The notes below the pieces were generated by a model. That model was given only the letters and a program-made list of their open reading frames with translations, was not told where the DNA came from and searched no databases. From a bacterium (GTDB taxonomy: Bacteria > Patescibacteriota > Minisyncoccia > CAIUEV01), in contig JAJXZR010000029.1 of NCBI GenBank assembly GCA_021779915.1, forward strand, positions 12,495-76,494: a stretch of 64,000 bases of DNA, given 5' to 3'. A program made the position numbers and the translations under genes. Positions 10,111 through 18,826 of this stretch are shown piece by piece (positions within the stretch are counted from its first letter, which is position 1; each line of letters starts with the position of its first letter).

Positions 10111-10884
10111 ATGTTAGGATTTATGGTTCGAAAAAAGTGGAAGCGAGGTGCTTCTAAAGTAGGTAAAATAAGTGAAACGGTTGATTTTTCAAAAAGCGAA
10201 TTAGAAAAATGTTTTGATCAGCAGACGACAAAAGTTTTAAACCCCCAGACTTATCCTGAAGCGGAATTCAAAATCTCCGTTCTGGCGTCTTTATTGGAAC
10301 TGCTCAGAAAAAAGATTCCTGAAAAAATTCCCTGTGAAGAGAGTAACATTCCTATTCTGCTTGTTTTGGGAAACTTTTTACCACTTGACGAGCAGCTTAA
10401 GGGAATGCAATTTCGGGAGAAAGACAGAGAATGTTCTTTACACCCCTATTTGGATCACAAATATCTTCCCAGGTCTCCTCTTTCGTATACTAACACCGAC
10501 CTTCCTTATTTGCTTTTTGATGTTGAACCCGGGGAAAAAACCAAAGGGATTTCGGAAGAAAAATGCCGAAAAATTTTTTCAGTTGTGGAACGTTTAGGGC
10601 TAGATATTTACGAAGTTGTGGCCCTCATCACTCAATTTTCGAAATACTGCTTAAATTACTCCGGATCACTTGAAACATATGTGATTTCAAACCCGGGAAG
10701 TATGACGAGCAGAAAAAGCGATATCTTTGTGCACCAAGAACACGTTATTTTTCCTCCGATATGGGGTAGAAAAAGAGTGGATTGGTATCCAATAAAGATC
10801 TTGGCTGGAGAGAAGGAAAACGACGAGCTGATCGAAGAAAACCGGTGCTGGCCTTCGTGCAAAAAGAGATTGTTTATGAGTTAA
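10111..10884 (+). CDS. hypothetical protein
   Basis: ORF preceded by an AAGGAGGAAGG RBS; start chosen at the ATG at 10111 rather than the upstream ATG at 10081; no recognisable domain. Confidence 0.4.
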   Translation: MLGFMVRKKWKRGASKVGKISETVDFSKSELEKCFDQQTTKVLNPQTYPEAEFKISVLASLLELLRKKIPEKIPCEESNIPILLVLGNFLPLDEQLKGMQFREKDRECSLHPYLDHKYLPRSPLSYTNTDLPYLLFDVEPGEKTKGISEEKCRKIFSVVERLGLDIYEVVALITQFSKYCLNYSGSLETYVISNPGSMTSRKSDIFVHQEHVIFPPIWGRKRVDWYPIKILAGEKENDELIEENRCWPSCKKRLFMS

Positions 10885-11011
10885 TTTTGCAAAAAGCGTT
10901 TTTTCCTTGACAAAACTGATTAAACTTGGATAATAACGGGTTCGTTAATAATTTGGAAATATTAGGAAGAATTAGGTTTGGGGAGAGCAATTTAGCTCGA
11001 GGAGGGTTTTT

Positions 11012-11215
11012 ATGGTATCTTCAAATGAGGTTGAACAGGCAAAAATTAGAGTTCTGTTCGAGGAGGCGAAAAAATCTGAAAATGCAGCGATTGCAGTTTG
11101 CAACCGGTGTATCCGTCAGAAAGAGTTTGATGTCGCCGAAGAAATTCGGGACAATTTTGTTCCCGAGTATGATTTGGAAAAGAAGATACAAGAACTTGTG
11201 GGTAATTTGAATTAG
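11012..11215 (+). CDS. small hypothetical protein
   Basis: 67 aa ORF followed by a terminator at 11287-11327. Confidence 0.3.
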   Translation: MVSSNEVEQAKIRVLFEEAKKSENAAIAVCNRCIRQKEFDVAEEIRDNFVPEYDLEKKIQELVGNLN

Positions 11216-11286
11216 TGGGGTTGTGATGAAATAACGAACGAAGGAGGATTGGCTGAGCCTTCAAAGCAAAAGTAAGCCGACACAAA

Positions 11287-11327
11287 ACCCGCGATTAAAC
11301 AATCGTGGGTTTTATTTTTTTCTGTGT
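11287..11327 (+). terminator. rho-independent terminator
   Basis: CCCGCGATT...AATCGTGGG hairpin plus a T-run. Confidence 0.55.
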
Positions 11328-11355
11328 CATCCCTGACCCCGAGCCGGGATGACAG
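11324..11355. repeat. solo hairpin unit of the GTGTCATCC...GATGACA repeat family (H4)
   Basis: GTGTCATCCCTGACCCCGAGCCGGGATGACAG; palindromic; same termini as the long elements. Confidence 0.6.
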
Positions 11356-11479
11356 GTACACTACAATGAGTCTTTGTTTATAAAATTCAGCTTAAAAGCT
11401 GGACAAACTTGTATTTGTTTAATAGAAAGGGACGGAGAAAAAGAACTTTGAAGTTTCCATAAAAGGAGGAATATGGAAC

Positions 11480-11662
11480 ATGAAAAAAGGAAAAAACAAT
11501 CCTTCGTCCGTTGGATACATTTGTCCAAACTGTGGATTTAGGCCTAAAAAGCCCAAACATCTAGTCTGTCTCGAATGCAATCATGAATTGGAGAGAGTAA
11601 TAGATATTAATCCGGAAGAACTCTACAAATTAGCTTTAAGGAGGGAAAAAAATGGAAATTGA
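11480..11662 (+). CDS. small zinc-ribbon protein
   Basis: CPNCGF...CLEC four-cysteine motif; AAGGAGG RBS upstream. Confidence 0.35.
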   Translation: MKKGKNNPSSVGYICPNCGFRPKKPKHLVCLECNHELERVIDINPEELYKLALRREKNGN

Positions 11663-11855
11663 GGGAAAAAAAGTAAAAGTTCTGAAGATTTTTGGCCAAA
11701 TTGGTTGTGGATTGGTAGACGGAGGCGATTTTGTCAATGTTTATCCAAGAAACGTTGAGCGGGAAAAACTATTTGAAGCTCTAAAAGAAGCCGAAAAAGA
11801 AGGACTGGAAGTCATCCAAGACTGCTATGGCAAACAATTTGGAGTTCAATTCTAA
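11652..11855 (+). CDS. small hypothetical protein
   Basis: 67 aa ORF overlapping the previous stop; terminator at 11878-11912. Confidence 0.3.
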   Translation: MEIEGKKVKVLKIFGQIGCGLVDGGDFVNVYPRNVEREKLFEALKEAEKEGLEVIQDCYGKQFGVQF

Positions 11856-11877
11856 TTTTCTACCGTTAATTTAACAA

Positions 11878-11912
11878 AAGACAGGCGCAAAAACCTGTCT
11901 TTTTTCTTTGGA
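11878..11912 (+). terminator. rho-independent terminator
   Basis: AGACAGGCGCAAAAACCTGTCT hairpin plus TTTTTTC. Confidence 0.55.
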
Positions 11913-11993
11913 AAAAATTGTGCTATTAGTTAAGTGATATTGATAAATAAATGAGCTACTTTCGACTTTTTACTTTCAACTTGCAACTAAATC

Positions 11994-13775
11994 ATGTACA
12001 TCACCAACAAACAATTAAAAAACTTTTTGCTCGAATCGGAGATTATATCGCCTGATACTTTGGATCAGGTGGAAAAAGAACTTCCAACCCAAGATGATAA
12101 ATTGGGAGAATTGTTGGTTCAAAAGGGCTTGCTTGAAGAAGAACAGCTTCGTAAAACCTATGCCTATATTTCTGGAATTCCTTTTGTAAACTTGGAGAAT
12201 CAATTTGTTGCCAAGGAAATTCTCAATATTATTCCCGAACCAATTGCGCGCAAGCACAATATAGTCGCTTTTGAAAGGGACGGAAGCAAAATCAAAGTGG
12301 CGATGCTTGATCCTCGAGATCTTCAAACGATTGATTTTATCAGAAAAAAAACTCAAAGCAAGATTCTGCCGTGCCTTACTTCAGAAAAATCAATTTCCCA
12401 TATTCTAACCTTGTACCAAAAGTCTTTGAAAGCTGAATTTGGCGATATTATTGAAGAAAGCGTTAAAATTTCTTCCGTTATGAATGAAGCAAGAGGGGTC
12501 GGTACAACTTCTGATGGGGGAGAGAAAGAAGAAGAAACACTAAAGAAAACTGCTGAAGAATTACCCGTTATAAAGATTATAGACGTACTCCTCAAGCATG
12601 CCATTTTGCAACAGGCCAGCGATATCCACATTGAACCCATCGAAAAAGAGGTTATTGTAAGATACAGGATTGATGGCATTTTGCACGACGTAATGTTTCT
12701 TCCTAGGGAGATATTGTCCGCAGTTATCGCCAGAATAAAAGTACTTTCCGATTTGAAGCTCGATGAGCACAGACTCCCTCAAGACGGAAGATTTAAACTG
12801 GAGACTCAAGATTATAAATTTTCTTTCCGAGTTTCGATTCTTCCTATCATCGATGGAGAAAAGATTGTTATTCGTCTTCTCAATGAAACGAGTAAAGGAT
12901 TAACTTTAGAGCAATTGGGCTTTCGAGGGAAAGCACTCGAGGTGATCCAAAAGAACATTCATCGTCCGCACGGAATGCTCTTGGTTACCGGACCGACCGG
13001 ATCAGGCAAAACCACCACCCTCTATACCATGATGGATATTTTGAATACCAACCAAGTGAATATTAGCACTGTAGAAGACCCAATTGAATACCGAATGCAA
13101 AGAATCAATCAAACTCAGGTTAATTCAAAAGTGGGTCTTACGTTTGCAGTTGGGCTTAGGTCTCTTTTACGCCAAGACCCGGACATCATTATGGTTGGAG
13201 AAATCAGAGACGAAGAGACGATGCATATTGCGATTAATGCTGCTATGACTGGGCATTTAGTGCTTTCAACCTTGCATACCAATTCTGCCGCTGCTACAAT
13301 GCCACGGCTCATGGACATGGGAGCTGAGCCGTTTCTTTTAGCCTCCACTTTGAACGTTGCCATTGCCCAAAGATTGGTGCGAAAAATCTGTCCCAATTGC
13401 CAGGAGGATTATTTAATGGGACAAAACGATGTTGAACTTTTGAAGAAAAAAGTTGATGCGGATAAGATTTTTGAAATTTTAAAGCAAGAGAAGATTATTC
13501 CTGAAACAGCTAGGGGTTTTGAGGAAGTGGCTTTTGCCAGAGGCAAAGGTTGCGTAAGATGCAACAACACCGGATACAAGGGAAGACTGGGCATTTATGA
13601 GGTGATCGAGGTTGATGACGATCTTCGAGCACTTATTTCCGAAAGAAAAGATTCTGATACAATCAACGCCAAAGCAGTGGAAAATGGCACGATCACTATG
13701 CTTCAAGATGGATTTATCAAAGCAATCCAAAAAGTTACTACAATCGAGGAAATTTTAAGAGTTACACAAGAATAA
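11994..13775 (+). CDS. pilB: type IV pilus assembly / type II secretion ATPase (GspE/PilB family)
   Basis: T2SSE_N domain, Walker A GPTGSGKTTTLY, Walker B DPDIIMVGEIRD, His box GHLVLSTLHTN, tetracysteine CPNC...CVRC. Confidence 0.85.
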   Translation: MYITNKQLKNFLLESEIISPDTLDQVEKELPTQDDKLGELLVQKGLLEEEQLRKTYAYISGIPFVNLENQFVAKEILNIIPEPIARKHNIVAFERDGSKIKVAMLDPRDLQTIDFIRKKTQSKILPCLTSEKSISHILTLYQKSLKAEFGDIIEESVKISSVMNEARGVGTTSDGGEKEEETLKKTAEELPVIKIIDVLLKHAILQQASDIHIEPIEKEVIVRYRIDGILHDVMFLPREILSAVIARIKVLSDLKLDEHRLPQDGRFKLETQDYKFSFRVSILPIIDGEKIVIRLLNETSKGLTLEQLGFRGKALEVIQKNIHRPHGMLLVTGPTGSGKTTTLYTMMDILNTNQVNISTVEDPIEYRMQRINQTQVNSKVGLTFAVGLRSLLRQDPDIIMVGEIRDEETMHIAINAAMTGHLVLSTLHTNSAAATMPRLMDMGAEPFLLASTLNVAIAQRLVRKICPNCQEDYLMGQNDVELLKKKVDADKIFEILKQEKIIPETARGFEEVAFARGKGCVRCNNTGYKGRLGIYEVIEVDDDLRALISERKDSDTINAKAVENGTITMLQDGFIKAIQKVTTIEEILRVTQE

Positions 13776-13784
13776 AAAATGTTT

Positions 13785-14004
13785 GTGTCATTCCCAGCGT
13801 GTCGACCGAGAATCCAGGAGGGTAGAAAATTATTCTAATTGACCTAATTATACTAATTATTCTAAACAAAATCCAAAAACCAATTTCTAAAATTTATTTT
13901 TATTGTTTGGTACTTGGTGCTTTTTTAGTATAATTAGTATAATTAGGTCAATTAGAATAATTAATGAGATTAAACTGAATCTCGTATTAAGCCCGAGATT
14001 ACAC
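13785..14004. repeat. MITE-like palindromic element, hairpin-TIR family, long subtype (H1)
   Basis: left terminus GTGTCATTCCCAGCGTGTCGACCGAGAATCCAGG, degenerate right terminus, internal ctaattat/ttggtgctttttt inverted module shared with the copies at 36851, 55222 and 63194. Confidence 0.65.
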
Positions 14005-14067
14005 AGATATAGGATATTTCGATTAAATATTTCTATACTATACATTTAAGATTTCAAATTACTCCAG

Positions 14068-15171
14068 ATGCAAATTCAGTCTCTTAAGACGTGGTTATCC
14101 GGCCACCAGTGGCTTCTCTGGCTCACGGTGGGAATGGCTGTAGTTATCAGTCTCAATACTCTTTACAGCATCTTTTATGGGACACCTCAGATCAAGATAT
14201 TCTATCACCAAATCATTTATGTTTTATTAGGATTTGTAATGGCTTATCTTATTGGTAGATATGATTACCGAATTTTTCGGCGTCATATTTTGGTGTTTTT
14301 TTTGGGAGCTTTGCTACTTTTGATTTTGGTTCTCGTTAGAGGCTTGAAAATCAATGGTACAACGGGTTGGCTAGATTTTAAAGTTTTTAGTTTTCAACCG
14401 GTTGAAGTGGCAAAGGTCGTAGTAATTTTAGCTTTAGCAACCTTTTTCGCTAAATATCACAATGTTTTGTATTCTTGGAAAGTTTTAGCTTTTTCCTTTT
14501 TAATTCCGTTGCCTTTTGCCACACTTACTTTATTACAACCAGACTTGGGATCAACTCTAGCTTTGATGGGTATTTGGGGAGGATTCATTTTTGCTTCCTC
14601 AGCCAGAAAAACTCAAAAAATAACCCTTATCGCTGTTACAGTGTCGATCGCTCTCTTTGGTTGGTTCTTTCTACTTAAGGATTATCAAAGAGATCGGCTT
14701 AGTACTTTTGTTAATCCGGAAAGAGACGCCCTTGGAACGGGTTACAACACTCTTCAGGCGGTAACTGCTATTGGTTCAGGAGGAGTGAAAGGCAAAGGAC
14801 TGGGTTTTGGCTCTCAAAGTCAACTCCATTTTCTTCCAGAAGCTCACAGCGACTTTATTTTTGCCGTTTTTGCAGAGGAAACCGGTTGGATTGGAGTGAT
14901 TATTTTTTTGGTCGCTTCCTTGCTTTTTTATTTTTCCATAATTAATATAGCTAGATTTAGCAAAGATAATTTTGGATATTTTTTAGTAGTGGGGATTTTC
15001 TGGTTTTTTCTTATTCATTTTTTTGTTAACGTTGGGATGAATCTGGGATTATTACCGATAGTTGGCCTTCCTCTCCCCTTCATAAGCGCTGGAGGGACAA
15101 ACCTCTTTGTTTCTTTTATCCTCGTGGGACTAGTACAAAGTGTTGGCAGACTAAGCCTTAAGAACAATTAA
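14068..15171 (+). CDS. FtsW/RodA/SpoVE (SEDS) family peptidoglycan glycosyltransferase
   Basis: 367 aa, about 10 TM segments, SEDS-family conserved blocks. Confidence 0.8.
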   Translation: MQIQSLKTWLSGHQWLLWLTVGMAVVISLNTLYSIFYGTPQIKIFYHQIIYVLLGFVMAYLIGRYDYRIFRRHILVFFLGALLLLILVLVRGLKINGTTGWLDFKVFSFQPVEVAKVVVILALATFFAKYHNVLYSWKVLAFSFLIPLPFATLTLLQPDLGSTLALMGIWGGFIFASSARKTQKITLIAVTVSIALFGWFFLLKDYQRDRLSTFVNPERDALGTGYNTLQAVTAIGSGGVKGKGLGFGSQSQLHFLPEAHSDFIFAVFAEETGWIGVIIFLVASLLFYFSIINIARFSKDNFGYFLVVGIFWFFLIHFFVNVGMNLGLLPIVGLPLPFISAGGTNLFVSFILVGLVQSVGRLSLKNN

Positions 15172-15208
15172 AAATTTATTAAGAATCTCTGTAAGAATAT
15201 TTTTTTGT

Positions 15209-15444
15209 GTGTCATCCTTGCGAAAGCGAGGATCCAGAGAAGTAAGACTGAAAAATTCCAAGAAACAAGAAGCAAGCTCCAAACAAATTAAAAATCACAA
15301 ATTCCAAACGAAAAAAGTTTTGAGTTTCGAATTTCGAATTTGGAAGATTGTATCTTGTTTGCCTGCCTACCGGTAGGTGGGTAATTTGTTTCTTGTCTCT
15401 TGGAATTTTACTTTCATGGATCCTCGCTTTCGCAAGGATGACAC
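15209..15444. repeat. MITE-like palindromic element, hairpin-TIR family with internal ccaagaaacaa/cctaccggtagg arms (H2)
   Basis: termini GTGTCATCCTTGCGAAAGCGAGGATCCAG ... GGATCCTCGCTTTCGCAAGGATGACAC are a perfect inverted repeat. Confidence 0.75.
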
Positions 15445-15456
15445 GGTGGAGTATCT

Positions 15457-15488
15457 TCTTGATAAACTCTATAACTTGATAAACTAAT
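15457..15488 (+). promoter_or_regulatory. CTTGATAAAC direct-repeat motif abutting the yebC start codon
   Basis: CTTGATAAACTCTATAACTTGATAAACTAAT then 4 nt then ATG; the same about 22-nt sequence precedes the ATGs at 667 and (rc) 37768. Confidence 0.5.
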
Positions 15489-15492
15489 TTAT

Positions 15493-16218
15493 ATGTCCGG
15501 TCATAGCCATTGGTCTGGTATAAAACGCAAAAAAGCGCTGGTTGATTCTAAAAGAGCCCAAAAATTTACTAAGTTGGGTAGGGCTATTACGATTGCCTCT
15601 CGAGAAGGAGGAGAAAATCCCGATTTCAACCCGAATTTACGCTTGGCTATCGAGAAAGCCAAAGAGTTTAATATGCCCAAAGATAAAATTCTGAATTCTA
15701 TCAAGAAAGGATCTTCTAAAAACGCTGAAGACCAACTGGAAGAAGTAACTTACGAAGCCCTGGGGCCGGAAGGTATAATGCTTGTTATTGAAACAATTAC
15801 AGACAATAGAAACCGTACAGTCTCAGAGATCAGGCACATTCTAGACGAACATGGCGGAAAAATGGCCGATGGAGGGGTGGGATGGAATTTTAGAAGAAGA
15901 GGGTTAATAACCTTTCAGGTTTTAGAGGAGCAAAAAGAAGAATTTGAATTAAAAGCTATTGAATGCTCGGTGGAAGACCTTATGGAGGAAGAAAAGGGTG
16001 CTGTTTCAGTTATATGCAGTCTTGAAGATATTGAAAAAATCAAAGAGAAGCTATCTGATTTTCCCATTATTGAAAATATTGTTGCTTATCTTTCTAACAA
16101 TCCGGTTGCTATTTCTGACAAAGTTCGAAAAAAATATGATATATTGTTAGACGATTTAGAGAATCAATCGGATGTTCAGGAAATCTGGGATAATGTCGAG
16201 AAAATAACGGTTATTTGA
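15493..16218 (+). CDS. yebC: YebC/PmpR family DNA-binding regulatory protein
   Basis: 241 aa; matches the YebC family along its full length. Confidence 0.85.
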   Translation: MSGHSHWSGIKRKKALVDSKRAQKFTKLGRAITIASREGGENPDFNPNLRLAIEKAKEFNMPKDKILNSIKKGSSKNAEDQLEEVTYEALGPEGIMLVIETITDNRNRTVSEIRHILDEHGGKMADGGVGWNFRRRGLITFQVLEEQKEEFELKAIECSVEDLMEEEKGAVSVICSLEDIEKIKEKLSDFPIIENIVAYLSNNPVAISDKVRKKYDILLDDLENQSDVQEIWDNVEKITVI

Positions 16219-16404
16219 TGAATAGTAGCGAATATAGGGCATATTATTCTATTTTATCGGTAAGACCCTTTATTTGACATATTATTAAGGTATGGTATTC
16301 CTTCAAAGTAAGGTATAAAGCGAGAAAAAGATATTTTGGTTTACTTAAAGAAAAAGAAATAATAATTTTGATTTTACTTTTAAAAAGAAAGGGGGTGAAA
16401 TTAA

Positions 16405-16677
16405 ATGAATAAAGAAGAATTAGTAGCTGCAATCGCTAAGAAAGCCGGTCTTTCAAAGAAAGACTCCGAAGGAGCCTTGAAATCCGCTTTGGAAGCCATT
16501 AAGGACGCCCTCAAAAAAGGGGGGAAGGTAACCTTGACCGGATTCGGAACTTTTATGGTCGCTAAACGAGCCGCCCGCAAAGGGGTAAACCCACAAACGG
16601 GAGCGGAAATCAAAATCCCAGCTCGAACAGTACCTAAGTTCAAACCGGGCAAAGCCCTCAAAGACGCCGTAAAATAG
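16405..16677 (+). CDS. hup: DNA-binding protein HU
   Basis: 90 aa HU fold with a GFGTF arm motif. Confidence 0.9.
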   Translation: MNKEELVAAIAKKAGLSKKDSEGALKSALEAIKDALKKGGKVTLTGFGTFMVAKRAARKGVNPQTGAEIKIPARTVPKFKPGKALKDAVK

Positions 16678-16708
16678 TCTTGGATAGAAACGAAATTAAA
16701 TAAGCAAA

Positions 16709-16738
16709 AAAGAGACCAAAAGTCTCTTTTTTGCTTTG
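16709..16738 (+). terminator. rho-independent terminator after hup
   Basis: AGAGACCAAAAGTCTCT hairpin plus TTTTTTG. Confidence 0.6.
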
Positions 16739-16785
16739 TAATAGAAATGCCAGCTATTTACAACCTTAAAAAATAGGAGTTACGT

Positions 16786-16880
16786 TATTAGTTCATAAAG
16801 TTCATAAAAAACATTAGAGGAAAATATTCCTTTTAACTTTACAAACTTTATAAACTTTCTAACTTTAAGAACTAGTTTGT
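16786..16880. repeat. degenerate copy of the TTCATAAAG/AACTTTATAAAC repeat module upstream of the GT4 gene
   Basis: gttcataaagttcataaa...aactttataaactttctaactttaag immediately before the ATG at 16881. Confidence 0.4.
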
Positions 16881-18038
16881 ATGCGTATTGGAGTCGATAT
16901 TAGATCTCTTAGTGCTGGAGGGCATTCTGGGGTGGAGGAGTATATTTTTAATCTTCTGCCTAATCTTTTCCGTTTGGGAAGGGAGGACCAGTTTGTTCTG
17001 CTTTACAACAGCTATTCCCGTGCTCTTCCGGAAAAAGTGAAAAAATGGGAAAAGTTACCGAACGTTAGTATTAAGGGATTTAAAATTCCCAGTAAATTGC
17101 TCAACGGTCTGCTTTGGCAGTTTAATTTTCCTTATCTCGATAAATTAATAGGCGGGGTGGATGTTTTTTTCTCTCCCAATATTACTTTCACTGCTGTTTC
17201 TGTAGGAACCCCCCACGTCATAACCATTCACGACTTATCTTTTGAGCTTTTTCCTCATTTTTTCAATTATTACAGGAGGTTGTGGCATTTTCTGGTTAAT
17301 CCTCGCAGACAGGCGAAAAAAGCAACGAAAGTAATTACTGTATCTAAATCGACGATGTCCGATGTAAACGAGCTGTACAGGATAAAAAAGAGCAAAATCA
17401 GACCGATTTATCTTGGGCTGTCTTCAATTTTTCAAAATTACACAAAAAATGAAAAGAAAGAAGAAAAAATTAGAAAAAAATATAAAATTCCCGCTAAACC
17501 CTTTATCCTTTACCTTGGTACTTTAGAGCCCAGAAAAAATATCGCTTCTTTGCTTTTGGCATTCAATGAATGGAAAAAGTCCTCTAAAGAAAATTACACG
17601 TTGGTAATTGCCGGAACAAAGGGGTGGTCCTTTCAGGAGATATTTCAATTGTCAGAGGAATCTCCTTACAAAAAAGATATTGTCTTTACCGGTGAGCTTC
17701 AAGAAAAAGATCGCCCCGCTATTTATAAAATGGCAAGCCTGTTTGTTTTCCCTTCTTTTTTGGAAGGTTTCGGTTTCCCACCCCTCGAGGCTCTTTCTTC
17801 AGGTGTCCCGGTAATTTGTTCGGCTTCTACTTCGCTTCTGGAAATATTTGGTGATCATTCCATTCTTGTCAATCCGCATGATGCAGGAGAATTGGCTTGG
17901 ACAATCGGCAGAGTCTTAGGCGACCAAGCCATTCAAGCTTCTTTGATTAAGGAAGGAGAGAAATATGCTAAGAAATTTACTTGGGAAAAAACAGCCAGGG
18001 AAACTTTGGAGGTGCTGAGAGAGGCAGGGGGAGAATAA
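16881..18038 (+). CDS. glycosyltransferase family 4
   Basis: GT-B fold; C-terminal GT4 motif E(G/A)FG.P..EA (FLEGFGFPPLEALSSGVPVI). Confidence 0.75.
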   Translation: MRIGVDIRSLSAGGHSGVEEYIFNLLPNLFRLGREDQFVLLYNSYSRALPEKVKKWEKLPNVSIKGFKIPSKLLNGLLWQFNFPYLDKLIGGVDVFFSPNITFTAVSVGTPHVITIHDLSFELFPHFFNYYRRLWHFLVNPRRQAKKATKVITVSKSTMSDVNELYRIKKSKIRPIYLGLSSIFQNYTKNEKKEEKIRKKYKIPAKPFILYLGTLEPRKNIASLLLAFNEWKKSSKENYTLVIAGTKGWSFQEIFQLSEESPYKKDIVFTGELQEKDRPAIYKMASLFVFPSFLEGFGFPPLEALSSGVPVICSASTSLLEIFGDHSILVNPHDAGELAWTIGRVLGDQAIQASLIKEGEKYAKKFTWEKTARETLEVLREAGGE

Positions 18039-18152
18039 AATGACGAATGACGAATATCGAATATCGAATGACGAACCAATAATAGAAGATATTTTTTGCC
18101 ATTTTATATTTGGATTTGATTCGTCATTCGTCATTTGGAATTTGTCATTTTA
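18039..18152. repeat. TGACGAA-heptad palindromic element (T1) between convergent stop codons
   Basis: atgacgaatgacgaatatcgaatatcgaatgacgaa ... ttcgtcattcgtcatttggaatttgtcatt. Confidence 0.7.
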
Positions 18153-18154
18153 TC

Positions 18155-18826
18155 CTAGTTTCTCCTAATCACACACCCTTCTTCTCTTTCCTTCTTAAAT
18201 TTATTAACAATCTTAAAGCGAATTTGGTTTTCTCCAGGTTTTAGGAATACGGGAGAAGAAAAGACTCCATTTTTGTCAACCAAGATATCTTCTCCGTTAA
18301 TAAAAATGTGTCCTTCTGGCTGGATGGTACCTCGAAGCTCTATTGTTTCTTCATTTGTGTTGAAGGGACAAGTAGCCGGACTGCTCAAGGCAAAAGAGGG
18401 CTGGCTGTAGAGAGGTAAAATTATTTTTATTAAAAAATATATCAACGTCATACTTATCATTGTTCCCATTAGCAAAATAAAATTTCTATAGTTTACATAA
18501 CGAAAAATTTTTGAATAGGGGCTTATCGGATGAAAAGAAAAAGAATCTTTTTCGACTCTTTTCTTTCTTTTTTCATAAAGCAAGATGGCTTTTTTGGGAT
18601 CAATTTGAACAAAATTAGCATAGCTTCCAACAATACCTCTGGAGTAAATATTGGGAGGAAGTGAGAAAAAATCATTTTGTTCCAGAGCGATTATGTATTC
18701 TTTACTTATAGTAAGAGACTTAGCGACTGTTTCGATCGTTAACCCCAATGATTCCCTTCCATTTTTCAAATAATCCCCCAAATTTTCTTCGTTAATTTTT
18801 CTAACCTTAAAGGCTGAGTCTCTCAT
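18155..18826 (-). CDS. RodZ-like helix-turn-helix membrane protein (XRE-type HTH, single TM, C-terminal DUF4115-like domain)
   Basis: N-terminal HTH, central TM helix, C-terminal beta-rich domain. Confidence 0.5.
   Translation of the reverse strand: MRDSAFKVRKINEENLGDYLKNGRESLGLTIETVAKSLTISKEYIIALEQNDFFSLPPNIYSRGIVGSYANFVQIDPKKAILLYEKRKKRVEKDSFSFHPISPYSKIFRYVNYRNFILLMGTMISMTLIYFLIKIILPLYSQPSFALSSPATCPFNTNEETIELRGTIQPEGHIFINGEDILVDKNGVFSSPVFLKPGENQIRFKIVNKFKKEREEGCVIRRN

Noticed and set aside
10334-10597. 87-aa plus-strand ORF in an alternate frame
   Set aside because: It is entirely nested within the longer ORF 10111-10884 on the same strand, and the longer frame is preferred.
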